Counted from the first letter of the stretch, positions 10,610 through 19,992 are shown. The stretch is DNA of 64,000 nucleotides from Candidatus Shapirobacteria bacterium (GCA_016188545.1 JACPHO010000006.1:693-64692), one strand, 5' to 3'. The notes: generated by a model from the sequence alone, not told the origin. A program made the numbers and translations.

Positions 10610-10801
10610 TTGCCAATTGTAGCATACCCGATACATACTCTGTCTACCACTAAAGACTTAAAATTTAGGTACAAAAAGTAAAATGTTTGTGATATATAAA
10701 TATTATGATTTTAAAAATAAACTACGCCAAAAAGACAAGCATGGTCTAGGTAAAAACTTATATCATTGCCATAACTTCGGATTTGTTTTACAATATCAGC
10801 C

Positions 10802-10981
10802 ATGGCCAAAGCAAAAAAAACACCTCGGATTTTGATCGCCCTCAACTGCGCAGTCTGTGGAGCACAAAACTATCTTTCCGAAAAGAATAAAACCAATACT
10901 CCAGACAAACTCAAATTCATCAAGTATTGCAACTGGTGCAAAAAACGTACCGAACACAAAGAATCCACCAAACTAAAGTAA
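10802..10981 (+). CDS. rpmG: 50S ribosomal protein L33 (Zn-binding type)
   Basis: Manual translation MAKAKKTPRILIALNCAVCGAQNYLSEKNKTNTPDKLKFIKYCNWCKKRTEHKESTKLK. Confidence 0.95.
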   Translation: MAKAKKTPRILIALNCAVCGAQNYLSEKNKTNTPDKLKFIKYCNWCKKRTEHKESTKLK

Positions 10982-11039
10982 TCCGTAATTCGTAAACCGT
11001 AAACCGTGTTACGTATTACTTTTTACGTATTACGAAATA

Positions 11040-11837
11040 ATGAATAATCTCGAAAACATCTACATCTCCCCTCTCGAACTGTGTAATTTGCGTTGTCTAT
11101 ACTGCTACACTGACAAAACTAAAAGTATTTTGAGTAACGATCAAATACTGAGTTTTATCGATAATTACTCTCATCTTATTCATAAATCATATTTCCTAAA
11201 TCTTAAATCAATTATCTTCTGTGGTGGTGAAGTTTTCACTCTCAAAGACTTTCCGTCTCTTGTCAACACTGTAATATCTAAAGGTATTTTTGTCTCAGTG
11301 ATTACCAACGGTGTTATCGACCGTCTTGATGAAATTAAAGAACCACACAATTGCCAACTCATCGTTTCCTTCGACGGCCCTCAAAAAATCCACGACCATA
11401 ACCGAGGTAAAGGAAACTTCAAAAAATCAAAAGGTTTTGTCAAAAAAGCCCTAAGGTTAGGTTTTCCGATCGAAATATTTTATCTAATCACCAAAGATTC
11501 TTACCCCTACAAAGACACCTTTCCTAAGTTGTTTTATTCATACTTCATACTTCATAAATCATATATCCATTTCACCTATCTTACCGACCGTCTCGGTTCA
11601 CTGACCAAAGACCAGGAAAAAGACATCCGCACTAACTATCCTTGTTATCCACCCAAAGATTTTGGCTGCAATGTCTTCTCTTTACAATCAAATGGTAACT
11701 TTTATGGATGTTGTGAATCAGCCCGATCCATCGGAAATCTAAGCGACCCGCTTATGCCAACAGTCCGCAAATATCTTGATATCATCACCCTCCACCCCAA
11801 GTGCTCCGATCCTGATTATTGGTGTGGGCTAAAATAG
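11040..11837 (+). CDS. Radical SAM protein with a short Cys-rich (Twitch/SPASM-like) tail
   Basis: CNLRCLYC, GGE, ITNG, SFDG..HD.NRG; C-terminal GC...GCC...C. Confidence 0.85.
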   Translation: MNNLENIYISPLELCNLRCLYCYTDKTKSILSNDQILSFIDNYSHLIHKSYFLNLKSIIFCGGEVFTLKDFPSLVNTVISKGIFVSVITNGVIDRLDEIKEPHNCQLIVSFDGPQKIHDHNRGKGNFKKSKGFVKKALRLGFPIEIFYLITKDSYPYKDTFPKLFYSYFILHKSYIHFTYLTDRLGSLTKDQEKDIRTNYPCYPPKDFGCNVFSLQSNGNFYGCCESARSIGNLSDPLMPTVRKYLDIITLHPKCSDPDYWCGLK

Positions 11838-11887
11838 CCAAACAACCTGGTTATTTGCTCACCATCAAAAAAGCGATAGAATTTACT

Positions 11888-13285
11888 ATGCCAACAACCC
11901 AAGATAAGGCCAAAGAAGTTTTACTTCACAATCTTTATGAAGTTGAACTAAACCACATCCTCTACCGCCGCACTGTACCTTCCCGCGAATTTTATATCCA
12001 TCAATGGAATTGGGATTCCGCCACTCACGCCATGGGGTTAGTTCACATCGATCCAAGTCGTGCCTATGATGAAATAATCTCCTTAATCTCCGGACAATGG
12101 GACAATGGGCTGATTGCTCAAATAACCTTCAACCCCAATGAGTCTAAGTATTTTCCCGGACCTCAATTCTGGAACACCCAGCAATTTTCCCAAGGGGAAA
12201 TATCCACTTCGGGTATAACCCAACCACCACTTTTGGGTTTTAGCATCTGGTATGTTTATCAGAACTCTCCTAATAAGAAGGCTGCCACTGAGTTTTTATC
12301 AAAAACTCTCCCCGCCTTAAAAAAATACCATCATTATCTAAAAACGTTCCGTGACCCAGAAGATTCTGGGTTGTTAACAGTCGTTCACCCTTGGGAAAGT
12401 GGTTTAGATAACAGCCCTCGTTGGGATGACCCACTCAAAAATATTAGCTTAGACTCCATTCCCGATTCAGTAAAAATTTTGGTAAATACTTACAGAAGTG
12501 ACAACAAGATCGGTAATAACACACATCGTCCTGGTCTTGAAGATTACTATCGCTATATGTATTTAGTTTATCTATTCTCGGAGTGGAAATGGGACTATTC
12601 TAAAATAGTTACCGATTCACCATTTGCTGTTAAAGATATCTTGTTTAATTCACTTTGGGCATTGTCAAATGAGGCACTTTCCTCATTATGTTCAACTGTT
12701 AGTGAATCTGAGGATGCAGCTTATTTCCTAAAGCTCGCCAACCAAACCTCACTCGCCATTCAAAAACAGTGGTCGGATTCAGAATCACTTTTCCAAGACG
12801 TTGATGTTAGCCTCGGTCAACACAAAGCAATTACGTCTAATACCATTTCCACCTTCTCCCCATTAATGACTTCCGGTGTCACTCTAGAAATTATCAAGTC
12901 TTTGCACACCCGACTAAATGACCCTTCACAATACGCCACCCCATACCCTCTTCCCACTACCTCACTCAATAATCCTGTCTTTGAAACCAAACGTTACTGG
13001 CGTGGACCCACTTGGCCTATTACCAACTTATTTACCATTCTCGGACTACATCGTTATCGTCAAAACCAAAAATGTCTGCAGCTTAGAGATAATTTAATTA
13101 ATAATACCAAGCAAATGATAGATTCATCGGGGTTTTTCGAATACTTTGATCCCACTCTTGGTTTGGCACGTCCCAACAACCAAAATGCAGCTTACGGTTT
13201 TGGATCCTTTAGTTGGACAGCCGCTATTTACACTATACTTTCGCAACCAAACTTTACAAAACTCAAACTACCTCTAGAAACCTAG
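11888..13285 (+). CDS. GH63-like glycoside hydrolase (glucosyl/mannosylglycerate hydrolase-like)
   Basis: HQWNWDS, TSGITQPP, HPWESGLDNSPRWD, YWRGPTW, FFEYFDP, FSWTAA. Confidence 0.85.
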   Translation: MPTTQDKAKEVLLHNLYEVELNHILYRRTVPSREFYIHQWNWDSATHAMGLVHIDPSRAYDEIISLISGQWDNGLIAQITFNPNESKYFPGPQFWNTQQFSQGEISTSGITQPPLLGFSIWYVYQNSPNKKAATEFLSKTLPALKKYHHYLKTFRDPEDSGLLTVVHPWESGLDNSPRWDDPLKNISLDSIPDSVKILVNTYRSDNKIGNNTHRPGLEDYYRYMYLVYLFSEWKWDYSKIVTDSPFAVKDILFNSLWALSNEALSSLCSTVSESEDAAYFLKLANQTSLAIQKQWSDSESLFQDVDVSLGQHKAITSNTISTFSPLMTSGVTLEIIKSLHTRLNDPSQYATPYPLPTTSLNNPVFETKRYWRGPTWPITNLFTILGLHRYRQNQKCLQLRDNLINNTKQMIDSSGFFEYFDPTLGLARPNNQNAAYGFGSFSWTAAIYTILSQPNFTKLKLPLET

Positions 13286-14506
13286 CTGTTTAAGTTTTTC
13301 CTCTACTGCTTCGTGTGAAAAATACTTCCTGGCGATTTCAAAATTAACATCCGTCATCTTTTTTATTTTTTGTTTATCTGCCAGTATTTGCCGAACTAGT
13401 TCCACTGTATTATCAGTAACTTTTCCATTAATTGCTATTGTCTTAAAACCTAATTTCTCCAAGTCAGTCCGATAAACTTTGTACCTATTTATAAATACCG
13501 GCACTCTAAAATAAATTGCTTCGATAAACTGATTTCCAAAACCTTCAACTTCAGAAGGGTAAGTCATCAGGTCACAGTTATGAAAGCAGTCCCATAAAGT
13601 GTAACTCCTTCTACCGTTTATTATCATCCGATTTGCTTCGACCCTATCGCCAATAAAAACAGCTCGAATTTTTTTAGATTCCACCAATTTCCTCAACTCT
13701 CCCTCATAATCACCAGACTCATCTCCATGCCTCCCCGCCAACACCAAGATTACTCGAGGGTCATTCAACTTAGCCACCAGCTCAATCGATAGTTCAATTT
13801 TTTTGCGAGGCACAATCCTGGTAGCCTGCAAAAATACAATGTCGCTTTTACTTATTCCAAAATCCTTCCGCCACTGTTGTGAAAACCCATTTTTATACGC
13901 TTTTAGATTATTAAAATCAAAACAATCTCCGATAACCATCGAATCAACCCCCGCTCGTTTTTTAAGTTCTAGCGCCGAAATGCTATTGATAGTTACGTGC
14001 TTTATCAGCGGACTAACAGGTGGGAAAAATTTTTGAAAAAACTCAAAACAACTGGACCTCAAATATCTTTTCCTCTCCCACCAAAAGTCATGATGTTTGG
14101 CAATTGTCGGAATTTTGAGATCATCAATTACTCTCGATAAGGCTACCGCCAATGGGAAATGGATTGGCAGACTAAAAACATTTGCCACAATTAAAGCGTC
14201 GAATTTATTATTGATAAACTCTTCCCTTAATACACCCTCAATCCTTCCCGCCAATTCATATATCCTTTTTTCTATTTTTCGATACGAAATATGGTTATCT
14301 ACCACCTCCCGGTGAACTTCGTTGACATTCGGACTGGTAAAGTGGAGCTCTGGAATCAGAATACCCCTCCGATCCAATTCTCCCGCTACAAACACCACCT
14401 TGTGCCCCATTTTTTTCAGTATTTTTCGCCACCGCACCGCCTCCAGGCTAACTCCATCATTTCCCGCAATCCTAAATGACAAATATCCGATTTTCACTAA
14501 CCCCAA
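13274..14506 (-). CDS. GT4 glycosyltransferase, similar to mannosylglucosylglycerate synthase (MggS-like)
   Basis: GNDGVSLEA, HHDFWWER, TRIVPRKKIE, YPSEVEGFGN..IEA. Confidence 0.8.
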   Translation of the reverse strand: MGLVKIGYLSFRIAGNDGVSLEAVRWRKILKKMGHKVVFVAGELDRRGILIPELHFTSPNVNEVHREVVDNHISYRKIEKRIYELAGRIEGVLREEFINNKFDALIVANVFSLPIHFPLAVALSRVIDDLKIPTIAKHHDFWWERKRYLRSSCFEFFQKFFPPVSPLIKHVTINSISALELKKRAGVDSMVIGDCFDFNNLKAYKNGFSQQWRKDFGISKSDIVFLQATRIVPRKKIELSIELVAKLNDPRVILVLAGRHGDESGDYEGELRKLVESKKIRAVFIGDRVEANRMIINGRRSYTLWDCFHNCDLMTYPSEVEGFGNQFIEAIYFRVPVFINRYKVYRTDLEKLGFKTIAINGKVTDNTVELVRQILADKQKIKKMTDVNFEIARKYFSHEAVEEKLKQLGF

Positions 14507-14633
14507 TATATTATTAGCTCACCAGTAAATCAACCACCACTTCTAATTTACTTCTACTTAAGTATCCCCATCCTGATTACAGGTGTGGATAAAATAATAA
14601 TTTAAAGAAGTAATCGTTTTTATAGTCTGTTTC

Positions 14634-14652
14634 CCTGTCCGCCTGTGGCGGA
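14634..14652. repeat. REP-like palindrome CCTGTCCGCC-TGT-GGCGGA
   Basis: Related copies at 19688, 21551 and 47140. Confidence 0.65.
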
Positions 14653-14757
14653 AACCTGCATTGCAGACTTGATTCTCGTCAATAAAAAATGGTTACAAGG
14701 ACTTGATAAGTTTTAGTTATAAAAAATATCAAAAAAGTTTTTAGGTACAATACACTC

Positions 14758-15621
14758 ATGACCCTCTCCGAATTGCTAAAATTCACCCGCCAATACTTCT
14801 GGAATCTAGGATTTGAAGAAGTCGAGGTAAATTATTTAAACGAGTCCCTCCCCCTTGAACCAAATCTCTATTCATTCGAGACAGTTTGGCGCAATCTCGG
14901 GACAAAATACTATCTGCCAACTTCTCCGGAATTTGCCTTAAAAAACTACTTAGCCAACCACAAAATAGACTGTTTTAGTATCAGCCATTGTTTTCGTGAC
15001 CTGGAAAATAGTGGACCTCAGCATCACCCTGAATTTATAATGTTGGAGTGGTATGAGGTACATAAAAGTTTGAATGACATTCGTACCTCTACTGAAAAAT
15101 ATCTAAAAAAACTAATTCCCGAAATTACTTTTACCTCTTTGACCCTTCCCCAAAATCTTCCTGACAACGAACCTGATTTTAACCAGTTTTTCCTCAACAA
15201 GATCGAACCAACCATTCCCAAAGAAGGCGCCGTTTTTATCACTGGTTATCCGTCATTTTTAAGTCCACTTGCGATACGAGAGTCTGGTGAAGTATACAAT
15301 TTTTTAGAGCACAGCGATCGCGACCAAGCTAGAGCGGAGCCCGAAGGTAGCGAGCATCTAAAAAATTCGTATACAAGCCATAGATTCGAGCTCTACATCA
15401 ATGGTATTGAAATTGCCAATGCTTGCGAGGAAAACCGCGACCCAGAACAAATAAAGTCTGCCTTTATAAGTGAACAAAATTTTCGTCAAAAAAAATCCCT
15501 TCCCTCCCATCCATTTTCTGAAAAATTCATCACAGACTCCTCGCAACTCCCTCCTTCGAGTGGCATTGGACTTGGTTTGGAACGTTTGCTAATGTTAATA
15601 AACCACTCCCAAAAGATATGA
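14758..15621 (+). CDS. epmA: EF-P lysyl ligase EpmA/GenX-like (LysRS catalytic-domain paralog) with an in-frame palindromic insert
   Basis: LPTSPEFALK, CFRD, HHPEFIMLEWY, RFELYINGIEIANA, GIGLGLERL; no anticodon-binding domain. Confidence 0.8.
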   Translation: MTLSELLKFTRQYFWNLGFEEVEVNYLNESLPLEPNLYSFETVWRNLGTKYYLPTSPEFALKNYLANHKIDCFSISHCFRDLENSGPQHHPEFIMLEWYEVHKSLNDIRTSTEKYLKKLIPEITFTSLTLPQNLPDNEPDFNQFFLNKIEPTIPKEGAVFITGYPSFLSPLAIRESGEVYNFLEHSDRDQARAEPEGSEHLKNSYTSHRFELYINGIEIANACEENRDPEQIKSAFISEQNFRQKKSLPSHPFSEKFITDSSQLPPSSGIGLGLERLLMLINHSQKI

Positions 15622-16286
15622 TCGATCAACCCCAAGACCGCCGCGGTAAAGTCATGGCTGACACAACCACTCTTATGCTTCTCAAAAGTATTAAGGAGTT
15701 GGAGAAAAAATCGACCACTGACTCTCTCACTGGGTTACACAATCGGGACTTCTGGGAACAGGAAACCCCCATCCTCGAACAATCTAAGCGTATGGGATAC
15801 ACCATAATTTCCATTGATGTTGACGGGCTAAAAGAAATCAATGATTCAAAAGGACATCTGGCCGGTGATATTTTGATAAAAAATGCCGCCAACATCCTCA
15901 GGCATACGTTTCGCATCGAAGATCATCTAATTCGTCTCGGTGGTGATGAGCTTTGTGTGATTGTTCCATATGATATGGATCAATTCAAAAACGCTTACGA
16001 GGAATATTTAATAAATACCCTCGACCAGGACGAGTCCAAAGTTCCTAGTATGGAGCAGTTCATAGAGAAAATCCTCACAGACCGATTTAATGACAAAATA
16101 GCTGCTTTCAGTAATTCCCCTGAAGCTGGAGAATATCAAGTAGCTCTTTCTTTTGGGATGTGTACTTCCCTACCCAACGACAACCTTACACCACCTCACA
16201 ACCTAACCAAAGCTTTTAATAACGCCGATGCCCGCATGTATCTAATGAAAGAACTTCATCACCAGTCAGTCACAAATAATATATAA
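15618..16286 (+). CDS. Diguanylate cyclase (GGDEF domain)
   Basis: DSLTGLHNR, DVDGLKEIND..GH..GD, RLGGDEL, ADARMY. Confidence 0.92.
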   Translation: MIDQPQDRRGKVMADTTTLMLLKSIKELEKKSTTDSLTGLHNRDFWEQETPILEQSKRMGYTIISIDVDGLKEINDSKGHLAGDILIKNAANILRHTFRIEDHLIRLGGDELCVIVPYDMDQFKNAYEEYLINTLDQDESKVPSMEQFIEKILTDRFNDKIAAFSNSPEAGEYQVALSFGMCTSLPNDNLTPPHNLTKAFNNADARMYLMKELHHQSVTNNI

Positions 16287-16293
16287 TTAGTCT

Positions 16294-16464
16294 ATGGCCC
16301 AACAACAACAAAAAAATACTCGAATTAAAGCACCTCAAAAACCAATGATGACTCTACCTCCCAAACCATTCTCGCAACCATTCAACAAGCCTTTCTTCAA
16401 CAACAAACAGAAAAGTTTTGCCACTGCTTTTCGCACCCAGAGTAAAGGGGGCGGAGGAAAATAA
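16294..16464 (+). CDS. Small basic Pro/Phe-rich protein (56 aa)
   Basis: Manual translation MAQQQQKNTR...FRTQSKGGGGK; TATAAT 6 nt before ATG; below the ORF-track size cutoff. Confidence 0.6.
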   Translation: MAQQQQKNTRIKAPQKPMMTLPPKPFSQPFNKPFFNNKQKSFATAFRTQSKGGGGK

Positions 16465-16551
16465 CCACAAAAATAAACCAAAAACAATGTTACAATAGGT
16501 TACAAGAGTCAGTCTGTACATTTTAGCTTTTTCTTATACTTTTGTCTTCCT

Positions 16552-17031
16552 ATGACCCCTAAAAACACCAATAAAATCGGCAACTATCTGATCGATTCTA
16601 ACCAAGTCTACTCCATCTATAAGATCGAAAACGACCGTCTTTTCTACCGTCCAGCAGTCAGTGGTGGCAACCACCCTTCTGTCACTGGATCTATTCCTGA
16701 GGCCAACATTGCCATGGCTGGTTTTCGTCCACTGTTAAGCGCCGAAGAAATCAAAACCTTCTTTACTCAGTTAATTAAAGTCCGTCCAGCTACTGAGCCA
16801 ATTGACTCCAAGCTTTTCAAAGAACTTCTAATCAACAACAACCCTCTCGAAATTATTCCCTTACTTAAACAGCTTTGGAAAACCAAAAATCTTCCCAATA
16901 CTAACTTTTCCGGCACAAATCGCGATACTTTAGAAGATATCATCTCCCACCTAACTTTGGAATTCTCCCTAGCTACCAAAAAATCCCCCGATTCCATTCG
17001 TAAGAAGATAATGGCTTCTCTGGTCAAATAA
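16552..17031 (+). CDS. CarD-family RNA polymerase-binding protein (divergent)
   Basis: Beta-rich N-terminus, IP...GFRPLLS.EE, helical C-terminus ending L..EFSLA. Confidence 0.7.
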   Translation: MTPKNTNKIGNYLIDSNQVYSIYKIENDRLFYRPAVSGGNHPSVTGSIPEANIAMAGFRPLLSAEEIKTFFTQLIKVRPATEPIDSKLFKELLINNNPLEIIPLLKQLWKTKNLPNTNFSGTNRDTLEDIISHLTLEFSLATKKSPDSIRKKIMASLVK

Positions 17032-17697
17032 TTATCGTTTTCCAGTTCCAAAAATCAGCGCTGTAGCCGTACCCTTTGTACCTATCCCTACGTAATTCCA
17101 CCGGTTATTCACTTGATTATCATCATGTGGCTTATCACCAGCATAGACCCACTCAATTAGATGTACACCCTCCATCCTATATCCAAAACTAATATTTTCT
17201 CCAACCCAAGTAAATCCTAGCTTGTCATAACCATTATCCTTTTCTAAAAAGTCAACAAACCCCTTGTGCTCATCAGTCGACTTAATACTAAACAAATAAT
17301 CAGCCCTACTTTTGGCATATTTTGCCAAGCCTTCATCCCAGGTTAGTCTTTGTGATCCCCGTCTGACCCGATACTCATTAAGAGCATCAAGTATCTCTTT
17401 GGGTGTTCCCATCCTTTCATCATGTCCTACCTGCATAGTCCAAGTATGTTCGCCCACTTGTCTAGCTACACCCCATTCCCCTGTGGGCACAGCTCGAACG
17501 GGTATCTTAGTCGATATTACTTTAACAATTTTCTGTGTCGGTATCGGAGTCATCGTCAGCGTTGGTTCAACATCTTCTTTTATCTTTTGGATTTTGATTT
17601 TTGGATTTTCTTCGACAACATATCCCACCATTGGATCAATTATTTTGGTTGTAAAAAAACTTAGAACCCAAGCGATCAACATTGAAATAAATTCCAT
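17032..17697 (-). CDS. CAP/SCP-domain protein
   Basis: ALNEYR...LTWDEGLAKYAKSRA, GENI, H..N, VGIG. Confidence 0.85.
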   Translation of the reverse strand: MEFISMLIAWVLSFFTTKIIDPMVGYVVEENPKIKIQKIKEDVEPTLTMTPIPTQKIVKVISTKIPVRAVPTGEWGVARQVGEHTWTMQVGHDERMGTPKEILDALNEYRVRRGSQRLTWDEGLAKYAKSRADYLFSIKSTDEHKGFVDFLEKDNGYDKLGFTWVGENISFGYRMEGVHLIEWVYAGDKPHDDNQVNNRWNYVGIGTKGTATALIFGTGKR

Positions 17698-17710
17698 TCC
17701 CTATTTTACC

Positions 17711-17983
17711 TTACGCCACTATTCTCAACACCACCGGCAAAGCACCTATAAAATCCGCCACACCCATACTTACATCTGAGGGTAAAATTGCTAAGTTCAC
17801 TCTGGCTTCAACTCTAACTCCATTGCCATTAACAAATCCTGCCTCAGGCACCACATCGCCATCATTTAGATGTCTTCTTTCAATTGCGTTTAAGGGAATT
17901 TGTGACTCAACCTTGGCTGTATGCCAATACATAAATGAAGTCGACGCCCCATTCACTCGATACTGCCAGATACCTCCTGCCAT
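17711..17983 (-). CDS. Hypothetical protein
   Basis: 90-aa ORF; TATAAT 7 nt before ATG. Confidence 0.5.
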   Translation of the reverse strand: MAGGIWQYRVNGASTSFMYWHTAKVESQIPLNAIERRHLNDGDVVPEAGFVNGNGVRVEARVNLAILPSDVSMGVADFIGALPVVLRIVA

Positions 17984-18114
17984 ATTACTTATTATACTCC
18001 TTCTCTCTTCCTTCCTAAATTAGGATATTTTTTGTTAAAATCAAAGGCACCTTAGCAAAACAATATCTCATTTCTCAATTGAAAATTGTTTATTGAAAAT
18101 TGAAGATTAATTTT

Positions 18115-18186
18115 AGGCCCATAGTGAAATGGTTATCACTGGGATCTCCAAAATCTCCATTCGAGGTTCGAATCCTCGTGGGCCTG
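18115..18186 (+). tRNA. tRNA-Trp(CCA)
   Basis: AGGCCCA...TGGGCCT-G; anticodon arm GGGAT-CT CCA AA-ATCTC; GTTCGAATC. Confidence 0.93.
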
Positions 18187-18206
18187 CATACCTGTCTTTA
18201 TAATTA

Positions 18207-18824
18207 TTAGGCAACAAGCTTCTCAAAGTTTTCGTAAAAATCCAACACTATTTCTCTGGCTTTCTCTACCGAACATATATTATCAATAACATTTATTATC
18301 TCCTCGGCCACTCCAATTGGTAATTTCGTTACCCCAACAAAACTTCTCACAGCCTCATTGCTATTAGTAGACAAAAAATATTTTGACAACATCTCATGCC
18401 ATTTTTTTATCTGAGATTCTTCAATGCCATAATTACGTTCTTCGTCGTATATAGAATTAAAATAGCCTGCCACAACTTCATTGTTTACAAACTTATTTGC
18501 CAAGACTCCATCTTCAAATAATTTCATCGCTTGTGTTTTATATGGTGACTCTATAAAAAAATCATACAACCCTCTCTCAACCACAAACTTCTCCCTTGCA
18601 TGATCGACCAGTGAGTGAAACTTTACTCCAGCTTCAAAAGAATCGCTCAATATTATTTCTGATAAACGAATCTTTCCGAAATGAGTCTTCTCCCGATCAA
18701 TTACTCCCAAATATCGGATGTCAGGGAAACTCGTCCCCACCACAAACTTTCCAATATCCTTACCATTAAAAAACTTATCAAATACTTTCTCTGCTATTAC
18801 CACGTGTGTTGTTGGTGCTGCCAT
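18207..18824 (-). CDS. Zn-dependent phospholipase C/P1-like helical hydrolase
   Basis: N-terminal TH, G..FPD, THF, G..FH..VD metal-ligand pattern. Confidence 0.6.
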   Translation of the reverse strand: MAAPTTHVVIAEKVFDKFFNGKDIGKFVVGTSFPDIRYLGVIDREKTHFGKIRLSEIILSDSFEAGVKFHSLVDHAREKFVVERGLYDFFIESPYKTQAMKLFEDGVLANKFVNNEVVAGYFNSIYDEERNYGIEESQIKKWHEMLSKYFLSTNSNEAVRSFVGVTKLPIGVAEEIINVIDNICSVEKAREIVLDFYENFEKLVA

Positions 18825-18860
18825 AATCTATTTTATCTTAGTCGCTACCTATCTACATCC

Positions 18861-19202
18861 CTATGTCACTATTGGTAAATTTTCACTCTCCCACTGAGCT
18901 ATACCACCCGTCATATTAAAAACATTTTTGTAACCATGTTTCATCATATATTCCACTGCTGCCTCACTCCTCACCCCACTATGGCAATAAACATAAACCT
19001 TCGAATTTTTGTTAGGAATTATTTTTAGTATGTCACCCTCAAGGTTATCTAAAGGCAAGTTTATCGCTGTTTTAATATACCCCTCGTCAAATTCTTCCTT
19101 AGTCCGGACATCAAGAATTATTATTTCATCACCCTTAGTTATAAATCCATAGACTTCCTTCGGTTTTATTTCTGGAATTTCCATATTCATCATTATACCC
19201 AA
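18861..19202 (-). CDS. Rhodanese-domain protein (true start probably 19184-19193)
   Basis: LDVRT.EE, YCHSGVRS, GGIAQW. Confidence 0.92.
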   Translation of the reverse strand: MGIMMNMEIPEIKPKEVYGFITKGDEIIILDVRTKEEFDEGYIKTAINLPLDNLEGDILKIIPNKNSKVYVYCHSGVRSEAAVEYMMKHGYKNVFNMTGGIAQWESENLPIVT

Positions 19203-19230
19203 CTTCTAAAATAATCACCGCTGTCTTTAG

Positions 19231-19320
19231 TGCCCATAGTGCCAGTCTACAGAAGTTATCGATTCAGTGATTGCGGGCAGGTAGTTGGTAGCGCGGTCCG
19301 AAAGCTTTCGGACAGGTCAG
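19231..19320 (+). pseudogene. Partial tRNA-Ala copy (5' half) with the anticodon arm replaced by an 18-nt palindrome
   Basis: gcccatag...gtagttggtagcgcg[gtccgaaagctttcggac]aggtcag matches the intact tRNA on both sides of the palindrome. Confidence 0.75.
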
Positions 19321-19409
19321 AATACAAAGACTCATCACCAATTGTTTTTTATCCTGAAAAATTTTCCATTCCACGTTATAATCGAACACATAGTCGCAAT
19401 ACTATAGCC

Positions 19410-19485
19410 GGGCCCATAGCGTAGTTGGTAGCGCGTCCCCATGGCATGGGGAAGGTCAGGGGTTCGAGTCCCCTTGGGTCCACCA
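19410..19485 (+). tRNA. tRNA-Ala(GGC)
   Basis: GGGCCCA...TGGGTCC-A-CCA, G3:U70, anticodon arm TCCCC-AT GGC AT-GGGGA. Confidence 0.95.
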
Positions 19486-19641
19486 AATGTCCGGAATAGT
19501 TTATATTCTTAGGTCACAAAAGAAACTATCAAAATTGCTAGGCAAATTGAATACAAATTAAAAAGATTAAAAAATAAAAAAATAATTGAAATGATAATAA
19601 CCAAGGGTGAACTATTTATTAACAAAAAAGAAAACATAAAC

Positions 19642-19719
19642 TGGTAGCACGGTCCGAAAGCTTTCGGACAGGTCAAGGGGAAGTTTATCCGCCAGTGGCG
19701 GAAGTCCCCTTGGGTCCAC
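19642..19719 (+). pseudogene. Partial tRNA-Ala copy (D-loop to 3' end) with the anticodon arm and T-loop replaced by palindromes
   Basis: tggtagcacg[gtccgaaagctttcggac]aggtcaagggg...[tccgccagtggcgga]agtccccttgggtccac. Confidence 0.75.
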
Positions 19720-19724
19720 AATTT

Positions 19725-19973
19725 CTAACAAGACTGTATTTTACGAGCACAGCCACCCACAACTTCTTCCACAGCCTCTACAGTTCCTGAATTAATTTTT
19801 CGGCTGCCCGTTCCGTCTACTTGAGTTACGTTTGATACTCTGACACGAGCCCAACCCCATTGACATCCGGGACATTTAACCATCCCTTTTCCATTCACGA
19901 TACCTGTTATATTTGTTGCTGTGTCGCCAGACGTTAATTCACGAACACAACCTATCCACTCAATGTCAACCAT
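19725..19973 (-). CDS. Small hypothetical protein with CxxC
   Basis: CPGC plus two more Cys; TATAAT 8 nt before ATG. Confidence 0.5.
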   Translation of the reverse strand: MVDIEWIGCVRELTSGDTATNITGIVNGKGMVKCPGCQWGWARVRVSNVTQVDGTGSRKINSGTVEAVEEVVGGCARKIQSC

Positions 19974-19992
19974 GAATCGTGATTATACTTTA

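Noticed and set aside
10983-11036. CRISPR array or DGR suggested by short repeats here and elsewhere
   Set aside because: Repeats are 7-9 nt tandem units with no spacers; no cas gene, reverse transcriptase or TR/VR pair seen.
11040-11837. EpmB/KamA partner for EpmA, or a RiPP maturase acting on the upstream small ORF
   Set aside because: It is too short and lacks KamA features; the upstream small ORF is ribosomal protein L33.
14563-14592. DnaA box TGTGGATAA plus a degenerate partner
   Set aside because: Only one perfect box and no dnaA/dnaN context; not enough to call an origin.
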